Source: Zygnema circumcarinatum SAG 698-1b
Taxonomy: Eukaryota; Plantae; Zygnematophyceae
Direction: 5' to 3'
DNA: 64,000 bases
Assembly (NCBI GenBank): GCA_037447605.1
Contig: CM074819.1
Coordinates: 1,138,297-1,202,296, forward strand
This document shows positions 36,930 to 48,560 of the stretch, piece by piece. The first letter of the stretch is position 1; each line of letters opens with the position of its first letter. Below the pieces are notes generated by a model, which was not told where the DNA came from, did not search any database, and saw nothing but the letters and a program-made list of their open reading frames with translations. A program made the translations under genes and the position numbers.

Positions 36930-39819
36930 TGTTAGTGTGCAATAGTTAGACATTGTACAGGTTCACACTAACATTGTTGTGGTCCTCAGTTGGGAAACAT
37001 GAGATCTGCTAGTAGTGTTCCTAGGAAATACGGTCGGGCCAAATGTCGGTGGCCCGTACGCTTTTCGGGCGCGGAGGATGTCGGCGATGTCGGCGGAACC
37101 GCGTCAGNNNNNNNNNNCGGCTCTGTCATCTACGAAGAGGAGAGGGAGGAGCGTTTGTGTATCGGTGATGTACTCCACACCCCCGAGCTGAAACAGAACT
37201 TCATGTCTGTTAGCCAGGTGTGTAAGAGGGGGTACGAGATCACGTTCAAAGAGAAGTCTTGCGTAGCTACTCACGCAGTGACGGGGAAGCGGCTGTTTGA
37301 GGGGTATGAGAAGGGAGGCCTGTATTATCTTCATTATAGAAGGACAGAGGATGAAGATGTGATGGCTGTGGCTGAAAACTGCCATAAATCTCTGGCATCG
37401 TAGGCTTGGACATCTTAACCATCGGGGGATGCAATAGCTTCCTCCTAAGGGGCTGGTCCGTGGTTTAGACGTAGATGTGGTGGCGAAGGAGCTCGGCTTT
37501 TGCAAGGAGAGTGTGGAGGGGAAGGCTCATCGGAAACCATTCGCGAGGAGCGAGAGGAGGCGCACTCATGCGCGTGAGAAACCGGAGTTGGTTCACACCC
37601 CACCTTTGTGGCCCCGTACAATCGCAACGAAAGTGGAGGAGCTCGTACTTCATCACTTTTCGATGATTTTCGGTGAAAATTCTGGGTGAAAATTTCAAGA
37701 ACAAGTCTCGAGGCTGGAGCCTTCGTGAGATTGGGCATCTCGGGATGGGAGCGAGAGAGCGACGTAAAACCTAAGACTCTGGGCGCCGCCAGACAACGGA
37801 GGGAGTTCAAGTCGAAGGAGCTCCCGGGCGTAGTACCCCAAGACTGGAATTAGGCATGCACTCCTCTCGCCCCTACTCCCCAAAGTAATGGAGCTGCTGA
37901 AAGGGTAAATAGGACGTTGGGGGACATGGCGCGGACCATGCTTATAGATTCCCCCTTCCCGGCTTCTTTCTGGGGAGAGGCGGTGATGACCGCGGCTTAC
38001 CTTAGGGATAGATGCCCATCTTCTGTGCTCAAGGACCAGGTTCCTGAGGAGGTGTGGAGTGGGAGAAAGCCCACGGTTTCCCACCTGAAGGCTTTCGGAG
38101 CGCGCTGCTGGTCGACAGTGCCGAAGGCGAGACAGAAGAGGAAGTTTGACCCGCGAGCCGTTGAAGGATATGTTCTCGGCTACAACATGGACAACAAGAC
38201 CTACGGGGATTTTGGAACCCGCGAGCTTAAGGAAGTGCGTAGGCTCGAGGACATCACGGTGTGGACTCCATAAGTGTGGACACGGCTAGGTGAGACCCAG
38301 CCCCAAAAGACAGGATTGGAGATTGTGTATGAGGACGTGGAGACCAGCGGAGAAGGCGTTGAAGCGCCTCAGGTCCCGGTTTTGGAGGAGATCAGCACGC
38401 CGGAGAGCGCAGGAGCTGACTCGGGAGCAACACCGAACGTCGAGGCGGAGGCGGGAGTCGAACCCGAAGTACCGCAAGCCGGGGAGCCGGAGAAATCGAC
38501 GGAGACGGCTCCACTACACACTCACCTGTCGGATGAGGAAGACTCGGTCGAAACTGTACCTTTGCACGGACAGGAGTCTGAGGACTTGGAGATGGCCGAG
38601 AGAGACGCGATGAGGGCAAGGATGCCTCCGGATTTGTTCCCTCGAATTTTCGCCAACTCGAGGAGGGGAGAACGCAAGGGACCGCTGAGGAGCACCCGTG
38701 GTGAGGAGGCCCGAATCTATACAAAAGCCCGCCGCAGCATCAATTCATGCAGAGAGAGTGCCTACGACTCGGGCCGACTCCGCTAGGAGTTGCTTCATCG
38801 CTACATGATTACCGAGCCGCAAACCTTTGAGGAGGCTCACGATGGGGTCGATGGAGCGAAGTGGCGAGCAGCGATCGATAGCGAGTGGAATAGTCTGATA
38901 GAGAACGGGACGTGGCGACTGGAGAAGCTGCCGAAGGGAAGGAGAGCCATTGGGATGCAAGTGGGTGTTCAAGGTGAAGCTTAGGCGGACGGGAGTGTCG
39001 AATGCTACAAGGCGCTGGCTGGTATGCATGGGCTACAAAATGTATACGGAATCTAATTACACCGGTATCTCGGCCCCGGGTGGTGAAGTTTAACTCCCTC
39101 CGCGCTCCTAATCTCGGACGCAACAGGGGATGCATGTCCATCGCTAGATATCAAGACCGCTAGGTTGCATTTGAGATCTCGCTTGAGGGAGATCTACATG
39201 GAGCGTGCTCTCAAGGAAAGCTGTCCCGTGGCAGTGAGACCGCTTCGTCGCCTAGTGAAGAGTCTCGTACGGATCAGCGGTGCACCCAGATCTCGCACGA
39301 AGATTGACTTCATCTTCCGAGGAGCAACGATTTGGCGCGCTTTGAGACGGATCATCCCGCTTCACCGACAAGGAGAGAGGAGATCTCGCGGCACGCTGGG
39401 ATTCTACGTGGATGACTATTATGGTGAGTCTCACCGAGAGAATCAATGATCTCAAGCAGCTTTTGCAAGCTAACTCCAAATGTCGGATTCAGGGAGGCGC
39501 CAGTATCTCGATACAAATTGGTTATGTATGTGACGGGAAGTCCGTTCCTAAGTCGTGAAGAAGTACGCCGCGATGTACTTAAGTAGATTCAATATGGAGG
39601 AGTGCGCGACCGCGGCACCGAAGGTCCGGATGGAGACCGGGCGCGATTTCTGTCGAAGATATGGAGCCCGGGCGACGGACGCTGGGTGGTATAGCCAGCA
39701 TGTAATGGAGGCCGCATTGCATTCGCTATCGGAAGTTTAATGTACCTAATGATTGGTACCCGACCGGACTTGGCGAAGGCTGTGAGCGCCGCAAGTCGGT
39801 TCATGGAGAATCCCGGCCC
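36930..39819 (+). mobile_element. Degenerate Ty1/Copia LTR retrotransposon (possible 5' LTR start, protease region, GAG-pre-integrase, integrase, RT)
   Basis: DVLHTPELKQNFMSVSQ..GLYYL; WHRRLGH; FWGEAVMTAAYLRDRCP..PEEVWSGRKPTVSHLKAFG; EPQTFEEA..WRAAIDSEWNSLIENGTWRLEKLP. Many frameshifts; N-gaps at 37108 and 39820. TGTTAGTGT at 36930 resembles the reverse-complement end of the solo LTR at 43696. Confidence 0.9.
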
Positions 39820-40836
39820 NNNNNNNNNNGTGCTCGTCTCTGCGTTCATTCTGTGAGTTATGGGCTATGAGTGAAGTGAGATAGAGTGAGAGAGAGTGAA
39901 GATGTCTTCATCGGTGGGAACCGGAGTTCCAATGGAGGGCGACACGCGAGGTGGCGCCGGGAGCAGCGAGCAGATCCATGCTCCAACACGCCGCTCCCTC
40001 CTCGCGACGTGCCTCACATTGGTGACCTTCGCGGCTGCTTCTAGGGACTGCGTTGTTGTGCCTAGGCGTAGTTTTCCGCTCCTAGCTTCGTTTTATTGTG
40101 TTTCGGTCCTTTGTGACCAGTCCTTTGTGGTTCCACATTTTGCCTTTGTCCATGTACATTTGATGGCCTCGCCATCGCGAGTTCAGTGGAAGTTTTCTCT
40201 CTCTCTTTTTGATTACTTTTATAAAATTTATGAGTTTTTTACAGCAATGGTTTATTACTCCTCGAAAACCTAAAGCATCAGCTGTCACCTGCACGTCATA
40301 ATCAGGAACTAATTACATTATTAGCCCACAAAACGCCTCTAAAAAAAAAAAAACAAAAAAAAACGACCCCAAATCAATCGCGACCCAATCGGACATATTT
40401 CAGACATCCAATTTCGCATACTTAAAAAAATAGGGGAAGTCAGACATTGACCATGGCCGTACTAAATTCCCGAATTTTGGTACTGTATACTGTACTAAAG
40501 TCAAAGTTTCGTAAACAGTACGAATTCCGGGTCGGGATCCGCGGCTCCGCCGAACCCAGTCGTACCAGAATGCGTACCTAGCCAATGCTTAATTCGCCCG
40601 ACAGGCTTACGAAATTGATTTGGCGATGGTCAATGTCTAACTCCCCCTATTAATTACAATAACAGGCTGCGGATCAAGATCCTCGTGCGTTGCCCTTTTA
40701 TAGAAATGTCTTCGAACCTTAATTATGTGAAGTGAACTGAAACGGAAACTGATCGAACACATAAGCTGAATGGGTACGCGATATATCCCATTTTCTGCGC
40801 ATTCAATTCAATGAAACGTACAACCANNNNNNNNNN

Positions 40837-42255
40837 CCTCTCCAAGGTCAGTCATCTGGAAATTCTCCTGCAAGAGCTCCTTCAACTCTGCAATGCTGCG
40901 AAGAGACTTGCTGATCATGATCAGGTCATCCACATAGACCCCAACAAACAACTTATCATCATCTTCGCCAACTGAGTACACACAAGTATCAGTCTCAAAA
41001 CGATCAAACCCATAGCCCTGTAAGAGTTCATCGATCTTCTCATACCACACGCGAGGGGCCTGCTTTAGCCCATACAAACTCTTCACGAGTCTGCACACAA
41101 GGTTCTCCTTTCCCTTCTTGCGTTTCCCCTCTGGCTGCTCCATGTACATCTCTTCATCAAGATCTCCATACAAGAAAGCAGTCTTGATGTCCAACTGGTG
41201 GACATGCACCCCTCTGCTTGGTACCGTAGAAATGAGGCCCGGAGGGAGTTGAACTTTCACCACGGGAGGCGAAGATGCATTGTAGTCAACTCGCTTCGCG
41301 CCGGCTGGCCCAGCCCTTGGCCGCGAGTGCGCGCCTTGCCCTATCAATGCACGCGTCCGCCTTCCTCTTAACCTTGAAGACCCATTTGCAGCCGTTGGCA
41401 CGCCTCCCAGGTGGGAGCTTCTCCAAGCGCCAAGTCTGATTCTCAATCAGACTGATCCACTCACTATCAATGTACTCTGCCACTTGATCTGATCTGGCCC
41501 CTCAACAGCTTCCCCGTAAGTCTGAGGCTCAACAGCATGGGCCATGTAACAATGGGCAATCATGTCCATGTCACCTGAGAATGATGCAGAATGATCCTGG
41601 GCATTCTTTCGTGCTCTCTTCCGCATGCGCTTCGTAGGCACAGCCGGACTGAAACGATTTGGAGGCCGCCTGGTCCTCCCACTTGTCTTCTCCATCACGG
41701 AGGGATGCTCTTGAGGCTGCTCCACAACTCGCATTGGAGCTGGTGCATCCTCCTTTGGCTCAACAGCCATCTCCTCCAGCAACTCTTCATTTGCCGCTGC
41801 ACGTGGTTCTGAAGCCACCAACTTATGCGGCATGCTGGCTGTCTCCTCTCGTGAACTGGAGGTCTCCTCCTGAGACTTCGTAGCTGATGCCTCCACCGAT
41901 GGTCCCACAGACTCCTGCATGTCTCCCCAATGTGGAGAACCCAAGGGAGTAAAGGTCACCGGTTTTGTCTCATCATCACTCTCTGACTCTACAGGCCGTC
42001 GTGAATGAATGGGCGTGGCACTCTCCTCCGTCTGAGCTTGAGTGGCCACTGGCACCTTCTCCTGCTCAGGGTGACTCACAATCACTTCACCTTCATAGGT
42101 GAATCCGAGTGGACACGACTCATCAGCACGCCTCCATGAGTGGGTAAAGGGGACGTGTGCAGCATCCTCATCCACCCTCACGTCCCTGCTGATCTCTACC
42201 TTCTTGGTCTCAAGGCTATACACCCTGTAAGCCCTGCAATCACTGGCGTATCCAA
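40837..42255 (-). mobile_element. Second Ty1/Copia pol fragment (integrase C-terminus, linker, RT)
   Basis: EPQTYGEAVEGPDQIKW; SLIENQTWRLEKLPPGRRANGCKWVFKVK; HQLDIKTAFLYGDLDEEMYMEQPEG; KSLYGLKQAPRVW; VGVYVDDL; MTDLGE. Bounded by N-gaps on both sides. Confidence 0.95.
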
Positions 42256-42452
42256 NNNNNNNNNNAGTCAGTCAGTCAGTCGATCGTCGGCCAGTCTGTG
42301 AGTTAGTCGGTTTGTCGGTCGGTTTGTCGGCCAGTTCCTGTGTCCGTCCGTCAGTCTGTCGGCCAGTCCGCCAGTCCTCTGGACTATAAAGACTTTGTCT
42401 GTCGGCTAGTCCGCCATTTTAAAAACCTCTTATGTGGAATTTTCGACTAAGA

Positions 42453-43845
42453 TAAGGTTCGTATTTATTTTTATTTTCATATGTAAAATGACAAATAACC
42501 ATACTTTGATTTCTGAAGGACCCAGTCCTGAAGATAACGAAATTCCGAAACACCGATAAGGTTCGTATCTATGTTTATTTTCATATGTAAAAAGACAAAT
42601 AACCCTAATTTGATTTCTGAAGGACCCAGTCCTGGAGATAACGAAAATCAGAAACACCGAAAAGTGTTGTTGCAGCGCCCTCCCTTGGTGGGGCTGCCAC
42701 TTCTCCTCTACCTTGGGTAGAACTCGACATCTTCAATGAATTGCTCAATCACACAAAGCACACTAAATGCAAGAGAACAACTCAGCGGAAATATGAAAAT
42801 GTAAGGAGAAAGCCACCAGCCTAAAACTCCTTAAGATAAAGATGAAATACAACTTGACAACACTAGAGCCAAGCTTCAAGCACCTCTTCTCAAGCTACGT
42901 GAATAAACCACCCACTACAAGCTGAACTCTTCCCACTATCTTCTAGGCCCTAAGCAAGATAGCCTCACTCCCCAATGTGAGTCACGAGAAGGTTAACTTC
43001 TACCAAACAATCTAAGCCTTAAATACAATATGGCGCCATTAGTGACATTGTCACGTCACGGCCGCACATGCTACGCCTTGCAAGACCCTTATCCCGATCC
43101 TAATCTCGCGCCGTCGGATCCTCCTCAGCTTGCACGGATCCAGCACATCAATGCCGTCAGATCCGCCTCAGCCTTATCTCCATCCGAGTCCTCCACCGTA
43201 GGATCTGACTCCTCATTACTTGGCGTCATGTGGGACCCCGTAAGCCTACGAGCGCCACCGACCTAGGCCGTACAGGCCTTCCCTTTCACCCGACACGTGG
43301 CGCCTTCCGATTCGCCACTGTCCTCCAAATGAATCATTGCTGACTTCGTACCTCGTCAGTTCTGCTCCGCGCGCTGATTCGCGCCTCGTCACTTCTCGAT
43401 TTGTCGCGTCGCGCCACGTCACATCTGACTCCGCCACGCCGCGCCGCGCCACCGACCAATGTCCGTACACCCATGGTCTTGGCCTTCCAAATCGTACCAC
43501 TGATTGGCCGCACCGACATTCTGATGCCTTGCCTTGCCAAATCAGACTCTGCGCGCTATACGCACACCCCCTTAAAGACTTGTACGGTCGCCTAGACGCC
43601 CCTCCGTACAATGTGGACAACATGAGCACACCCCTCCTTAGAACTTAGTACCAACAACTTAGTGTACAACTAGTTCCTAACTACTTTACACTAACAAAAA
43701 GGTTCGTATCTATGTTTATTTTCATATGTAAAATGACAAATAACCGTACTTTGATTTCTGAAGGACCCAGTCCTGGAGATAACGAAGATCGAAAAGAGCG
43801 GAAATCGTCAAACTTGGAAATCCGCATCAAAACAGGTTCGTACTT
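42453..43845. repeat. Three ~104-bp tandem units plus a partial fourth; the third is interrupted by a solo LTR
   Basis: AAGGTTCGTATCTATGTTTATTTTCATATGTAAAA(T/A)GACAAATAACC..GAAGGACCCAGTCCTG..GATAACGAA at ~42454, ~42558 and 42661/43697. Confidence 0.85.
42665..43696. mobile_element. Solo LTR, 1032 bp
   Basis: Begins TGTTG and ends CTAACA, with a perfect 5-bp TSD AAAAG at 42660-42664 and 43697-43701. Neighbouring uninterrupted tandem units show the empty site. No internal coding sequence. Confidence 0.9.
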
Positions 43846-44819
43846 CAATTTCTCATTCCTCCCACTTTTATAGTTTTCAGAAAGACAGAAGAGTTATAGA
43901 GGTAAACCGGTAGGAAGAATGGTAGAAGACAGGAGGAAGAAAAGAAAGAGAGAGAGAGAGCTTTTACCATTTTTTTTTCCTTTTCTTTTTCTTCTTTAAT
44001 AATGTTTTTGTTTTTTTCCATTATGTGAGTGTCGGCGTGTGTGTGGCTATGTCTGTATGTTTGTCTGACTGTGCGCATTCTTTTATCTGAAAATAGAAAA
44101 AAAAAAAAAACAAAATAATATTACNNNNNNNNNNTTTTTTTTCGACTGTGATGATGTTTGTGCGTGTCTCAATTTGCGTGTTAGACTAAAAAACAAGGGT
44201 TTTTATGATTTCTTAGACATTTTCTATTTTCAAGATTTTTAGGAATTTTAAGATTTTTAAGGTTTTACATATTTAGGTTATTATTTAGGTTTTTTAGAAA
44301 TTTTATAGATATTTTAAGCATTTTTAGCGCTTTTACAGTTTTTTTAATCTTTCAGAATTTTTACAGTTTTTAGTCAGTCCGTTAGCTTGTCAGTTTGTCG
44401 GGAAGTCTGTCAGTCTGTCCGTTAGTCAGTCGTCTGTCTGTCGGACAGTATGTGTGTCCGTCTGTCAGTCAGTCTGTCGGTCGTCGGGCAGTCTGCGAGT
44501 TAGTCGGTTTGTCGGTCGGTTTGTCGGCCAGTTCGCGTGTCCGTCCGTCAGTCAGTCGGCTAGTCCGCCAGTCCTCTGGACTATAAAGACTTTGTCTGTC
44601 GGCCAGTCCGCCATTTTAAAAACATCTTACGTGGAATTAACGATAATATAGAAATTGAAAACATCGATAAACATCAAAAATTATTGGCAACGTGGCAACA
44701 CTTGATTGAATAAAATAAGACCCATTTCCTACAAAAAATCAAGAAAACACACAACACCCACGTCGCAATCTCTGACTGGATAACACGTATACCNNNNNNN
44801 NNNAAAAAAAATTGTTTTT

Positions 44820-44888
44820 AAACCACACACAAACTTGACGACAGAATGATATGATGTGTCATTCTGTCGTCAAGTTTGTGTGTGGTTT
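44820..44888. repeat. Perfect 30-bp inverted repeat with a 9-nt loop
   Basis: AAACCACACACAAACTTGACGACAGAATGA-tatgatgtg-TCATTCTGTCGTCAAGTTTGTGTGTGGTTT; lies 16 bp from an N-gap. Confidence 0.9.
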
Positions 44889-45030
44889 TTTTTTGATTTT
44901 TTTCCCATTTTAGGGCTACGTGGCAACACCCGACTGGATAAAAAACATACCCCATATCCTACAAACGATCCAAAAAAACACCACAATACCAACGTGGCAA
45001 TTTCTAACTGGATAAAAGCATAACTGAATA

Positions 45031-45067
45031 ACGTTTCGTTTCAACGGACAGCGTTGAAACGAAACGT
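45031..45067. repeat. Perfect 16-bp inverted repeat with a 5-nt loop
   Basis: ACGTTTCGTTTCAACG-gacag-CGTTGAAACGAAACGT. Confidence 0.9.
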
Positions 45068-45239
45068 AATTATGAGTACATAAATACGCGATATACCCCA
45101 TTTTAACCGCATTCGATCCAACGAAGAGCACACCAATCAGGACGCGCGACGTGGCAACGTCACACTCGCGGAAATTATACCCCATTTTCATTAAAATCAT
45201 CTTTGACACCTTAATCGAATAATCGTACGGATGAAAACG

Positions 45240-48200
45240 ATGACAAAGCTTTTGCCTACGGCAACGCAAAAAATTAGAGCTACTGTATCGACAACGAGCT
45301 TTACCGTGCTCCTTCGATCGTACGTCTTGAAGGGAACTGAGCACAGTCAACATGGAGGGGCGACCCGCGGAAGTCTCCTTCAAGCACTCCCGTGCTATGA
45401 CCTAACTAACTAACTAACTCTGTTTCGCCAGAACTGACGGAAACTGAGGGGTCACATGTGGATCCAAGAGGTCCGCGATGGGCTTGGGCTTATTACCCAC
45501 GTGCTTCAAAACCCACTTTTCGATATTTTCGCCGGCGGGCCCCACAAAGTACGATGCTTTGCCAGTGACGAGTTCGAGGAGGACAACCCCAAATGCGTAG
45601 ACATCGCTGCCTGTGGAAAGGAACCCTGCCAAAAAGAGGGAAGGAGAAGGGAGTGAGGTGGGAAAGGAGGGGGAGGGGAATAGCGAGTTAGACGGGAGGG
45701 AGGAAGAAGGGGTTGCGAGTGGAGGACGTGGGGGGGAGAGAGGAGAGAGAGGAGGGGAGAGAGGAAGAGGGAGGAGAGAAGGAGAGAAGGGAGGAGCGAA
45801 GGAGAAGGACGAAGGAGGGAGAGGAGAGGGAGAGGAAGAGGGAGGAGAAAACGGAGGGGGAAGGGGGACGGAGGAGAGAACGAGGGAGTGGAGAAGGGAG
45901 GAGGAAAAATGGAGAGGAGGGGGAGAGGACGAGGGAATGGAAGAGGGAGTGAGGACGGAGATGGGACAGAAGGAGGGGCAGAAAGGAAAAGGCATAGACA
46001 CGATAAGTCTCAAGACTAGCAATCTAACAGAGACAACGGAGTCAGTCGAACAACCCTGCGAACCTGAGAATGAAATGAGCCCCTTCCCCCTCCCCCTCCC
46101 TCTCTCCCTCCCTTTAAGATTTTCGTAATCAGAACGCCGAAAGAATTTAAAGACGTCGAATGCCTGAGGAAAGCAAATTTCACTTTCATAAATTTCTCCT
46201 CCTCCCCCCTCCCCCTCTCCTCTCCCCCTTCCCTCCCCTCTCCTCCTCTCCACACCCTTCCCCGTCTCCCTCCCACCCCCGCCCCATCTTCCCCCCCTCT
46301 CCCCTCATCCCCCTCCCCGTCCCCCCTCCCCCCTCCCCTCCCCTGCCTCCCTTCCCTTTCCTCCCACTCTCTCTCCCCCCCTCCCTCCCGTCCTCCCTCT
46401 CTACCTCCGCTACCTCCCGCTCTCCCTCCCTCCCTCCCTCCCTCCCTCCCTCACCTTTGACCATGTAGTCGGGGTCGAGGTAACCCTCCGTGCCCATAAT
46501 GGTTTTCAAGGTTTAACCGTCTTGAAGGTGTTAGAGCTTTGACAAGGTGAGGCTCGCCTGGAAAGTAGAAAGGATCAGAGAAGGAAAGAAACGACGGCGC
46601 GAGAGGAGAGAGTGAGAGAGAAAGGCGAATTAGGGTATAGCGTAGGTTACAACGTTTCAGAGAACCTGAACTCTGTATGCCGCGCTAATGCGTCAATATG
46701 AGACCCTGAGAAAGAAACTGCGTAGTTTGGCAAAGTACAACGTTAAGGGTGATCACGTCATGTCACGTCACGTCACGTCATGTCATGTCACGTCATATGT
46801 TACGACATATAATCACGCAACAAGGGCACTTTCGTTGCAGAAAAAAACTTTTCGATAAACTTTCAAGGCAGAGGGTCAAGAAAGAAAAGCAAAATCCCCA
46901 TGACAGCAGACACACCACCTTTCACGAGCATCTCAGTTTAAAGGGAACAGATGAAAACCTCGAAGGTTCGATGAACTGAACCCCCGCAGATATGACTTTT
47001 CCTTATCAATCCAGAACCACAAGCATGCACGATTAAAAACCCTAAAACCCTAAAAACCCTACAAGCTCCGACGATACATGCAGAGCATTTTGCAAGATCA
47101 TGCATTTTATGGAGATAGTTGAGAAGGAATACCTCTGTTCAGACCTCCGTGGAGGTGATGACCATGGGACGTACTCGTGAAGGAGAAAGTGTTGAGCCGG
47201 ACCCCACCTCTCATAGTGTGCACAGTGTCCCAAAAGTCGAACGAGATTGGGATGACTCACATTGTGCAAAGCCACAACTTCCGACTGCACAAGTGTTCAC
47301 ACTAAGGGAAAAAAACTTCGTGTAACTCTCCTTTCTTTTCTCTCTCATCTGTCGTTCTTTCTTTAGACTATCTTTTTCAAATTGTGCAAAGAAAGACTTT
47401 AGAGGTTCTATTCAAGCTTGAATAATGCACGGCTTTCGAACCAAACAATTTTCAAGTTCAGGTTTTCGCGTTTCGCGTTTCAGAAAATCAGGCTTCGGGG
47501 AATGTACTTTCTAAACCACAAACTCTTTTCCCCCCAAAAAAAATGTAGAGAGAGAGAGAGAGAGAGGGAGAGAGAATCGGCACACGAACCAAGAATGAGT
47601 TCGTCTCGTAAAACTTGTCCGAGTGAGGCGCTTGACAACCACTTGAATCGCTCTGAAATCTGAATCGCCCCGCTACGGATTTCGAGCTGCCCGAGGTAAA
47701 CTTTTCCGAAAGAGCCTTCCCCATGCAGACAGCCAAAGTTGTTTGTCGCACTGCGCACTGCGCTTGCTTGGAATGGCGAAATGTGGGCGGCGGGGAGGGG
47801 GAAAACCTGGGAGGCTCGCCCGGTTTGTGGCTGCAAACTTGTAGGGCTGCAGGCTGTTCCGTACGAAAGGTACAATGTCGTACGGTACGGACTGTACAAA
47901 ATGTACGGAAGGACAGTGACCTACCGGGACATGTGGTTTGGGTCGTTTTGTTGCGAGTTGGATGCCTCCCGTCGCATGTTGTTGGGTCGTTCATGAGGCT
48001 CTTGCACGGGGCTCTGTTGGGGGAAGGGGAGAGGGGGCGCTGGGTCTCTCACAAGAGTCAAAACAGCAAGAGGATGTGGCGGTGATCTCACGATGGCCAA
48101 CAACAACATGGTTTCACGCCACACTTGATCTATCATGACATGAGACTCTGCTTCGTCTAGCGTTGGTTTTGGTGACCGCGCGCACGATTGCATGGCATGG

Positions 48201-48560
48201 CATGGCATGGCATAGCATGGGTCTCGCGATGGCGACGCCATCCCATGTGCAACGGCAGGCTTGGGCAGGTACGCATCTGGCCCTGCCGTACACAGTAACC
48301 TCAGGTTGACCTGCGCTGACTTCAGCGACCTCTGCCCAATCCACGCCCTCCACGAAGGATTCTCGGTGGACGTGGCAGGCCCAGATTGGCTCATAACATA
48401 GATTAATGTACCCTCCTACGGTACGGCAAATACGACACGTCAACCTCACAGCAGTCCAAAACATTGGTACAATCTTGTCGTTTTATGAAAAACTTGTCAT
48501 CTGAGATCCAGCTGATCTGGGGAGCGAACACCTGGCAGGGTCCATTACCCGACAAAATGT
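45240..48560 (-). pseudogene. Decayed RLK/Pelle receptor-kinase gene
   Basis: Subdomain remnants in order: ATNNFGCLHGEGSFGKVYLG (I), EVVALHNVSHPNLVRLLGHC (III-IV), IMGTEGYLDPDY (VIII), SDVYAFGVVLLELVTG (IX), ARECLKETSAGRPSM (XI). No HRD or DFG motif found; frameshift/stops near 46510-46550; a (TAGT)n tract at 45401-45418 puts stops in the last exon. Confidence 0.85.

Noticed and set aside
37118-39819. Very high frameshift density in the Copia pol, suggesting programmed recoding
   Set aside because: The contig lies between N-gaps; decay or low-quality consensus is the simpler explanation.
45414-46509. Long Pro/Ser- or Glu/Gly-rich ORFs (also 50741-51479 and 57687-58980)
   Set aside because: Translations of intronic CT/GA microsatellite tracts.
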